NCBI GenBank assembly: GCA_048941265.1
Contig: JBHLNT010000113.1
Location: 1 to 13,319 of the forward strand
DNA length: 13,319 bases
Direction: 5' to 3'
Source of the DNA: Promethearchaeota archaeon
GTDB taxonomy: Archaea; Asgardarchaeota; Lokiarchaeia; Sigyniarchaeales; SOKP01
In this document: piece by piece, positions 7,377-13,319 of the stretch
Layout of the letters: each line of letters starts with the position of its first letter
Numbering within the stretch: position 1 is the first letter of the stretch
The notes under the pieces: generated by a model
Databases searched by the model: none
The model's input: only the letters and a program-made list of their open reading frames with translations
What the model was told of the DNA's origin: nothing
Made by a program: the position numbers and the translations under genes

Positions 7377-8087
7377 ATGAAAAGAGAAGAAAAATTCGAA
7401 AAAATGGAACAGATTAAAGATACATTTGAAAATGTTGCCAAAGAATTTGACGATGTAATAGTAAGACTTGTCCCTTTTTATAAAGAAATGGTAAGTGATT
7501 TGATATTAGTAATTCCTTTTGAAAAAAATGAGAATATTGATGTAATAGATCTTGGATGTGGAACAGGTACTCTTTCTTTAAGGATAAGAGAAGTTTTTCC
7601 TAATGCTAAAATAACTTGCATGGATATGACTAAAAATATGCTTGAAATGGCAAAACTGAAATTATCGAAATATGAAAATATCGAATTTATTCTTGAAAAT
7701 TTTTATTCCTTTAATTTTAATAAAAAATATAATGTGGTTATCTCCTCTTTTGCATTACATCATTTAATTACTGCTCAAGATAAAAAGAATTTTTATCAAA
7801 AAATATATAATTCTTTGAAGATAGGCGGATGTTTTTACAATTTAGATATAATTATTGGTTCTAATGATGAAATTCAGAAATTTTATATGAAAAAATGGGA
7901 AGGCTTCTTAAGACAACACTTATCTGAGGAAAAAATAGAGAAAAATTTTAAGCAATACTATGAGGAAGATAGTCCGGAATCAATTATGAATCATTTGAAG
8001 TGGTTAGAAGAAGCTGGATTTAAAGATGTAGATGTAATCAGAAAATATTACAATTTTGCTCTTTATGGCGGGATAAAAGGAATATAA
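7377..8087 (+). CDS. Class I SAM-dependent methyltransferase (CmoA-like family)
   Basis: Motif I VIDLGCGTG, ITCMD, VISSFALHHL, LKIGGCFYNLD, WLEEAGF. Start uncertain (TTG 7368, ATG 7377 or ATG 7404). Confidence 0.88.
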   Translation: MKREEKFEKMEQIKDTFENVAKEFDDVIVRLVPFYKEMVSDLILVIPFEKNENIDVIDLGCGTGTLSLRIREVFPNAKITCMDMTKNMLEMAKLKLSKYENIEFILENFYSFNFNKKYNVVISSFALHHLITAQDKKNFYQKIYNSLKIGGCFYNLDIIIGSNDEIQKFYMKKWEGFLRQHLSEEKIEKNFKQYYEEDSPESIMNHLKWLEEAGFKDVDVIRKYYNFALYGGIKGI

Positions 8088-8098
8088 AAATTCTTACA

Positions 8099-8302
8099 CT
8101 ATTTTGGCCCTTCATTTGGTAATTTTTCTGAAGCTGGTTCTCCACCAATACCCCAATGTGTTTTGGGAATTTCATGCACTACTATTTCTACAGCATGTTG
8201 AGGTACTCCCAAATCCACAAAAGCTTGTGTTATTTTTTGCATTAAGACTTTCACTCTTTCTTCTCCAAAACCTTTCCAAACATTTACATGGACGATTGGC
8301 AT
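8099..8302 (-). CDS. 4-oxalocrotonate tautomerase family protein
   Basis: 67 aa. M-P-I-V-H-V gives catalytic Pro1 after Met removal; VEIVVHEIPKTHWGIGG; SD upstream. Confidence 0.92.
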   Translation of the reverse strand: MPIVHVNVWKGFGEERVKVLMQKITQAFVDLGVPQHAVEIVVHEIPKTHWGIGGEPASEKLPNEGPK

Positions 8303-8310
8303 TTTTTTAA

Positions 8311-8316
8311 ACCTCC
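8311..8316 (-). promoter_or_regulatory. Shine-Dalgarno GGAGGT for the tautomerase
   Basis: ACCTCC on the + strand, with an 8-nt spacer to the ATG at 8302. Confidence 0.75.
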
Positions 8317-8381
8317 AATTTATAATAATATTTTATTTGTATTTAAAAATTTTAAATTAATCACTATATCTTAATAACTTT

Positions 8382-8391
8382 AAAAAAAAAA
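8382..8391 (-). terminator. Oligo-T terminator candidate after the radical SAM gene
   Basis: A10 on + (T10 on -), starting 8 nt past the stop at 8399. Confidence 0.45.
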
Positions 8392-8398
8392 TGAAATT

Positions 8399-9664
8399 TT
8401 ATAATTGATAGTTCACTCCAGGTTTAATCCCCGCTATTCGGAAGAGATCATCACCTGCAATCAACTCTTCTAAATCTTTCTGTTCATATTGGCTAAAAAA
8501 AATTGGCTGTAAATAATTCTCTTTTTTTGAGTATCTTCTTGTTAGGTTTTTTTGAAGGGTAGGATCATTTCTAATCGATTTTTCTAGGGGTGTATTTAAA
8601 TATATACGGTAATAGAAACTAATCCCAACTGTTTTAGGGCGATTTTTTTTAAAAAAACCTAACATTTCTTTAGTGGAATCTAATGTTTCATAAGGATATC
8701 CCGATAACAAGTCAATGGCTAACTCAATTTTGTATTTATTACAATAGCCTATAATGTTTGCTAAATCAGCATACGAATAATTATTGAGTGCTTGAATTAT
8801 TTTATCACTGTCTACTGATAGCGTTACCAAATAGGCATTAGACTCATTTAATACCTGAAAAAGTCTCTCGTTATATGGATAAGGTTTCATGTAAAGAGTC
8901 CATTTCAAGGGGAAGGATTTTTTAGCCAATGCTGAACAAAAATCTATGGAAAAATTAAGATCTGTATTAAATTCACTATCACATAAATGAAAATGTGTAT
9001 AGCCAAGATTCACTAAAGATTCTATTTCTTTTATGATGTTAGATATTTTTTTAAATGAGACTTTAGTACCAGCTTCAATGCAATAAGGACAATGGTTTTG
9101 GCATCCTATATGCGTAGAAAAGCCTGCAATTCCATCATTCGTAAAATATTTTTGATAATTTACTTTTTTGGCTCGAGTATGAGTTTTATTATCATCTAAC
9201 CCATAATTCCAGCCATTAAAAATGGTTTTTTCTATTTTACCCGCTTGCCATGATTCTAAAAACTTAGGAAAAGCTCGTTCCCCAGGTCCAATAATACCAT
9301 AATCGGCTTGAAGGTAATCTAATATTTCATCGGGCATTGCAGAAAAACCTGCTCCTCCCAAGATTATCGGAACTTCATGTTGCTTCACACAATCAATTAA
9401 TTTTTTGAATTCTGGGAGATAATACTCATTATTAAAATAAATACATGAATCAATATTTCGAATAGTAAAACCAACCATATCGAATCTATCTTTTCTTAAG
9501 GTTTTTTCTATATCTTGTACCGGTGTGGATGAAAAGCATAAATCTAATATTTTAACGTTATGACCTTGTTTTTCTAATGAATTTGTCAAGTATTCTAAAC
9601 CTATAGGAATTACAGGAGGATTGTGCATCCTGTTTGGATTTATTAATAAGATCCTAAGCCCCAT
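8399..9664 (-). CDS. Cobalamin-binding radical SAM protein (class B methyltransferase-like)
   Basis: N-terminal B12-binding domain (ILLINPN...PIGLEYL, GHNVKILDL, DMVGFTIRNID, IILGGAGFS, GPGE), then GCQNHCPYC (CxxxCxxC), FHLCDSEFN, LLSGYPYET. Confidence 0.9.
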   Translation of the reverse strand: MGLRILLINPNRMHNPPVIPIGLEYLTNSLEKQGHNVKILDLCFSSTPVQDIEKTLRKDRFDMVGFTIRNIDSCIYFNNEYYLPEFKKLIDCVKQHEVPIILGGAGFSAMPDEILDYLQADYGIIGPGERAFPKFLESWQAGKIEKTIFNGWNYGLDDNKTHTRAKKVNYQKYFTNDGIAGFSTHIGCQNHCPYCIEAGTKVSFKKISNIIKEIESLVNLGYTHFHLCDSEFNTDLNFSIDFCSALAKKSFPLKWTLYMKPYPYNERLFQVLNESNAYLVTLSVDSDKIIQALNNYSYADLANIIGYCNKYKIELAIDLLSGYPYETLDSTKEMLGFFKKNRPKTVGISFYYRIYLNTPLEKSIRNDPTLQKNLTRRYSKKENYLQPIFFSQYEQKDLEELIAGDDLFRIAGIKPGVNYQL

Positions 9665-9826
9665 TTTTTAAAAAAATTATCTATAGTTGTTGTTTAAAAA
9701 ACAATTTTGAATTATTCAATGAAAAGAAAGAATTAAATATTTCCGATTGAAAATAATTTTAATAACAAATTCATTCTATTGAATATTAAATTTGAGAATT
9801 TCAATTATAAAACTGATGATTTAATC

Positions 9827-10828
9827 ATGAGTAGTGATGAATTTCCTAAAGAATTGAGTCCCGAAGAATTAATCAATTTATATAAGAAAATGTTATTGAT
9901 TCGGAAATTTGAAGAAAGAATAACAAAAGATGCTGGAAAAATTAAATCAGCTTTAGTTCACCCTTATATAGGCGAAGAAGCCATTGCTGTAGGAGCTTGT
10001 GCTGCGATTAATGAGGATGATTATATTACATCAACACATAGGGGACATGGGCATTTTCTTGCCAAAGGTGGGGATTTAAATTCATTAATGGCTGAAATTT
10101 ACGGAAAGGAGGATGGAATGTGTAAGGGTCGTGGGGGATCAATGCATGTAGCCGATTTTTCCAAACATATGCTAGGTGCTAATGGAATTGTTGGAGCAGG
10201 TCCTCCCTTGGCACTCGGGGTAGCTTTAGCTTCAAAAATGAGAAATGAGGGTAGAGTTGTTCTAACCTTCTTCGGTGATGGGGCAGCAAACCAGGGAATG
10301 CTGCATGAATCAATGAATCTTGCTGCAGTATGGAAGCTTCCTGTAATCTTTATATTAGAAAATAATTTGTATGGATGGAGCACTCCTGCTGCTTATGCGA
10401 CTGTTATTAAAGATTTTTCTCTTCGAGCTCAAGGATACGGTATGAAGGGCACATCCATAAATGGAAATGACATTATAGAAGTATATAAAACTACAAAAGA
10501 GGCGGTTGAATTTGCACGAAAAGGAGGTGGACCTACATTGATCGAATGCAAGACATATCGATGGGGTGGTCAAACAACGATGGATGCTGATAGATATAGA
10601 TCTCCAGAAGAGAAAGAAGAATGGAAACGCAAATGTCCGATTGAAACATATAAAACGAGGCTAATTCGTGGTGAACTCGTTGATCAACAAATAATTCAAG
10701 AGATAGAGGAAAAAACATTGATTTTGATTGATGATAGCGTAAAATTTTCAAAAAAGAGCCCGAAACCAGACCCAAATACTGCATTAGATAATGTATATAA
10801 AAATCCCATTGAATACGGAGGTAATTGA
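9827..10828 (+). CDS. Pyruvate/acetoin dehydrogenase-type E1 alpha subunit (AcoA/PdhA-like)
   Basis: MLLIRKFEE, YIGEEA, STHRGHGH, GRGGSMH, GANGIVG, ThDP motif FGDGA...ENN, GPTLIECKTYR. ATG 9827 preferred over TTG 9779 on typical length. Confidence 0.92.
   Translation: MSSDEFPKELSPEELINLYKKMLLIRKFEERITKDAGKIKSALVHPYIGEEAIAVGACAAINEDDYITSTHRGHGHFLAKGGDLNSLMAEIYGKEDGMCKGRGGSMHVADFSKHMLGANGIVGAGPPLALGVALASKMRNEGRVVLTFFGDGAANQGMLHESMNLAAVWKLPVIFILENNLYGWSTPAAYATVIKDFSLRAQGYGMKGTSINGNDIIEVYKTTKEAVEFARKGGGPTLIECKTYRWGGQTTMDADRYRSPEEKEEWKRKCPIETYKTRLIRGELVDQQIIQEIEEKTLILIDDSVKFSKKSPKPDPNTALDNVYKNPIEYGGN
10817..10822 (+). promoter_or_regulatory. Shine-Dalgarno GGAGGT for E1 beta
   Basis: GGAGGT with a 7-nt spacer to the in-frame TTG 10830, inside the alpha 3' end; suggests translational coupling. 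Confidence 0.7.
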
Positions 10829-10829
10829 A

Positions 10830-11816
10830 TTGTCTGGAGAAACTAAATCAATGTCAGGTTCAGATGCCATAAGGTTAGCTATTGAAGAAGAAATGGAACG
10901 GGATGAGTCGGTATTTATTCTAGGAGAAGATATCGGAACCTATGGAGGACCTTTTTTTGTTACTAAAGGTTTATTAGAAAAATTTGGAGCTGAAAGAGTT
11001 CGTGAAACTCCTATCAGTGAAAACGCGATTTTAGGATGTGCGGTGGGATCAGCCATTGCTGGAATGCGCCCTATCGCTGAAATTATGTTTGCAGATTTTT
11101 TAACTGTATGTATGGAAATGATAGTAAACCAAGCTGCAAAAGCAAGATATATGTATGGAGCACAAATTTCTGTTCCTCTTACGATTAGAACGCCTTTTGG
11201 AACTGGTATAATGGGGGCAGCACAGCATTCCCAATCATTTGAAGCATGGTTTATGCATGTGCCTGGTTTAAAAGTCGTATTGCCCTCAGATCCGGCTGAT
11301 TTTAAGGGGTTATTAAAAACTGCCATACGGGATGACGATCCAGTCATTTTCTTTGAGAATAAACAATGTTATTTCCGAAGTGGGGAAGTTCCATTAGATA
11401 ATAATTTCACGATACCATTTGGCCAAGCGAAAAAATTCACAGAAGGCGATGATGTGACAATAGTCGCGATGGGAGCTATGGTTCAAGAAAGCATTAATGC
11501 TGCTACTAAATTGAAAGAAGAAAATATTCATTGTGAAATAATAGATCCAAGAACTTTAGTTCCAATGGACAAAAAAGCAATCTTAGATTCTGTTGAAAAA
11601 ACAGGGAAACTGCTTATTGTTGATGAGGGCTGCAAAACTTGTTCAGTGAGCGCAGAAATCGCAGCTTTTGTCGCAGAAGAGGGTTTTCAATTCTTAAGAA
11701 AAAATATTATAAGACTTAACACTCCAGATGTTCCCATTCCCTATTCCCAAAATTTAGAAAAGAAAATCATTCCAAATGGGAACTCTATTCAGGATAAAGT
11801 CAAAAAATTAATATAA
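10830..11816 (+). CDS. Pyruvate/acetoin dehydrogenase-type E1 beta subunit (AcoB/PdhB-like)
   Basis: ILGEDIG.YGG, RETPISE (catalytic Glu), GMRPIAEIMFADF, AAQHSQS, PGLKVV, DPVIFFE, IDPRTLVP. Start revised from 10791 to TTG 10830 because of the SD. Confidence 0.93.
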   Translation: MSGETKSMSGSDAIRLAIEEEMERDESVFILGEDIGTYGGPFFVTKGLLEKFGAERVRETPISENAILGCAVGSAIAGMRPIAEIMFADFLTVCMEMIVNQAAKARYMYGAQISVPLTIRTPFGTGIMGAAQHSQSFEAWFMHVPGLKVVLPSDPADFKGLLKTAIRDDDPVIFFENKQCYFRSGEVPLDNNFTIPFGQAKKFTEGDDVTIVAMGAMVQESINAATKLKEENIHCEIIDPRTLVPMDKKAILDSVEKTGKLLIVDEGCKTCSVSAEIAAFVAEEGFQFLRKNIIRLNTPDVPIPYSQNLEKKIIPNGNSIQDKVKKLI

Positions 11817-11818
11817 TC

Positions 11819-11858
11819 TTTTTTAGTAATTGAGAATATCCTTTTTTCTTCTCTTTTT
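11819..11858 (+). terminator. T-rich terminator candidate after the E1 alpha/beta pair
   Basis: Successive T-runs (T6, then TTTTTTCTTCTCTTTTT) right after the TAA at 11816. Confidence 0.4.
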
Positions 11859-11914
11859 ACTATTTATTTATGCAAACAATTAAGATTTTAATTTATCATA
11901 AAATGATAAATAAT

Positions 11915-12481
11915 ATGAAAAAAATTCTCGGAATTATGGGCAGTCCACGTAAAAATGGAAATACTCATATCCTTTTATCACAGATATTAGAACCCGCAAA
12001 GGATAATGGTGCCATCACTGATGTTATTTTTTTAAGCGATTTAGAGATTAAAGAATGTGATGGATGTCATGCCTGTTGGAAAGGAAACCAATGTAGTAAA
12101 AATGATGATATGAACAATTTATATCAAACGATAATTGAGAGTGATCCCATCATTTTTGGCACTCCTATATATTGGTATGGCCCAACAGCATTAATGAAAG
12201 CTTTTCTAGATCGCTTTGTCTATTTTAATTGTCCCGAGAATAGGCAGAAAATAAGAGGTAAGAGTGCCATACTAGTAGTCCCTTTTGAAGAAGATAATAT
12301 TGAAACTGCTGAACCCCTTATAAGGATGTTTGAAAAAAGTTTTGAATATTTAGAAATGGAGTTGATTGAAAAAATTATTGTTCCTGGAGTCGGAAAAAAG
12401 GGAGAGGTTTTAGGAAAAAAAGAAATATTAGAGTCCTGCTATAATCTAGGAAAAAAGTTAGCTGTTAAAGATATTTTATGA
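11915..12481 (+). CDS. Iron-sulfur flavoprotein (Isf / multimeric flavodoxin WrbA family)
   Basis: KILGIMGSPRKNGNT (FMN loop), CDGCHACWKGNQC (CX2CX2CX5C), IIFGTPIYW, MKAFLDR. ATG 11915 preferred over 11870. Confidence 0.9.
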   Translation: MKKILGIMGSPRKNGNTHILLSQILEPAKDNGAITDVIFLSDLEIKECDGCHACWKGNQCSKNDDMNNLYQTIIESDPIIFGTPIYWYGPTALMKAFLDRFVYFNCPENRQKIRGKSAILVVPFEEDNIETAEPLIRMFEKSFEYLEMELIEKIIVPGVGKKGEVLGKKEILESCYNLGKKLAVKDIL

Positions 12482-12558
12482 TTAAAAAACCTTAAACTCT
12501 ATTATTTGAATAAATATCACAAATTATTTTAAAAAAATAACGTTTTATAAAACAATTT

Positions 12559-13319
12559 ATGACAGATTTAGAATTATATGAAAAATTAAGAAAGCTTTTA
12601 AAAGGCGGGCTTCCTAAACACGATTTAACGTACAAATTAATCTCAAATATGTATACCGAAGAAGAAGCGAAGATTTTAGTATCCGCATTTGAAAAAGCTG
12701 GTAAACCAATAAATATTAGAGAAATAGCAAAACGTTCGGGAATTCCGAGAGATAAATTGAAAGAAATTCTAAATAATATGTATAATCGGGGGAAACTTAC
12801 AAAGTTTGGGTCTTTATATGTATTATTACCCTATGTTCCAGGAGGTTTTGAAGTTTATTTTACAAATTGTACTGATGATCCCGACAGAATGAAAAAAGCG
12901 GCAGAAGCGCATCTTGAATTATTTAAATTAGGCTTTCCCTTTGAATTAAGCTCAAGTAAATACACAGTATACAGAGTTATTCCTGCTATTGAACCTACAG
13001 AAAAATCGATTGAAATAAGTGAAGATGTGGCTATACAACATCAAGTTATGCCATATGAAATTTTAAGGGATTATCTTGCTGATGCTAATCCAAAAATTTA
13101 TGCGGTAGTTCCCTGCAGCTGCCGAAATGCTGCTAAATTAGCAGGAGAACCTTGTAAACAAACAGATGAGAATTATTGCGTAACGACAGGAACTCTAGCA
13201 CAAATGGTAATTGAACAAGGAATTGGTCGAGAAGTCACTTTAGATGAGTTAATGGAAGTTATGGAGAGAGCCGAAAAAGAAGGATTGGTACATGAAACAT
13301 TTAATATGCAAGACACAGC
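12559..13319 (+). CDS. Fe-S protein with N-terminal HTH-like region, 3'-truncated by the window edge (absent from ORF track)
   Basis: Open frame from ATG 12559 to the end: MTDLELYEKLRKLL...YTEEEAKIL...IREIAKRSGIPRDKLKEILNNMYNRG...LLPYVPGGFE...YRVIP...VVPCSCR...GEPC...YC...AEKEGLVH. This resembles the anaerobe CxCR...C...C...GLVH family that usually continues into CNCC and ferredoxin motifs. Confidence 0.85.
   Translation, partial: MTDLELYEKLRKLLKGGLPKHDLTYKLISNMYTEEEAKILVSAFEKAGKPINIREIAKRSGIPRDKLKEILNNMYNRGKLTKFGSLYVLLPYVPGGFEVYFTNCTDDPDRMKKAAEAHLELFKLGFPFELSSSKYTVYRVIPAIEPTEKSIEISEDVAIQHQVMPYEILRDYLADANPKIYAVVPCSCRNAAKLAGEPCKQTDENYCVTTGTLAQMVIEQGIGREVTLDELMEVMERAEKEGLVHETFNMQDT

Noticed and set aside
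7377-8087. Methyltransferase as the restriction-modification partner of the nuclease
   Set aside because: It lacks DPPY/NPPY or PC catalytic motifs, looks like a small-molecule or CmoA-like enzyme, and lies outside the island.
8643-8657. T8A7 run as a programmed frameshift site (similar runs near 3957-3971 and 9664-9676)
   Set aside because: The host genes are complete in one frame; in coding regions these are Phe-Phe-Lys-Lys codons in AT-rich DNA.
9690-9719. Short dyads TTGTTT-AAA-AAACAA and TTGAAT-T-ATTCAA in the divergent intergenic region
   Set aside because: Six-base AT-rich arms are expected by chance, and no stand-alone cognate regulator gene is adjacent.
495-11347. Other short track ORFs (495-782, 1949-2131, 2647-2868, 4504-4710, 4783-5169, 5703-5924, 6774-6968, 8104-8310, 10099-10383, 10355-10573, 10533-10784, 10940-11347)
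   Set aside because: All lie antisense to motif-supported genes and carry no motifs of their own.
1-13319. CRISPR array, tRNA, rRNA or TPP riboswitch
   Set aside because: No regularly spaced repeats or GC-rich structured intergenic segment. The only GC-richer gap (5211-5378) is explained by an ORF, and no TPP-riboswitch core is recognisable upstream of the ThDP enzyme genes.

Overview
AT-rich prokaryotic window, probably archaeal and plausibly Asgard/Lokiarchaeia-like (inferred from gene style, oligo-T tracts and few SD sites). It opens inside a cooC/acsF-type nickel-insertion ATPase gene (<1..768). A ~3.4 kb block follows: a convergent 673-aa protein with tandem zinc ribbons, a Vsr-like PD-(D/E)XK nuclease domain and a winged helix, then two membrane-protein genes. 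The block ends at a frameshifted, synonymously diverged second copy of the cooC 3' end (~4199..4357), so it looks inserted into cooC with replacement of the gene tail and no integrase or transposase. Next come a TauE/SafE (TSUP) transporter broken by one in-frame TAA and a 55-aa His/Cys-rich microprotein missing from the ORF track (5211..5378), suggesting an ancestral cooC-tauE-metallochaperone unit. The rest is metabolic: IolD/ALS-like ThDP enzyme, class I SAM methyltransferase, 4-oxalocrotonate tautomerase, B12-binding radical SAM enzyme, 2-oxoacid/acetoin dehydrogenase E1 alpha and beta, iron-sulfur flavoprotein, and a truncated HTH/Fe-S protein also missing from the track. No rRNA, tRNA or CRISPR array was seen. 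All family calls are by motif recognition, not database search.
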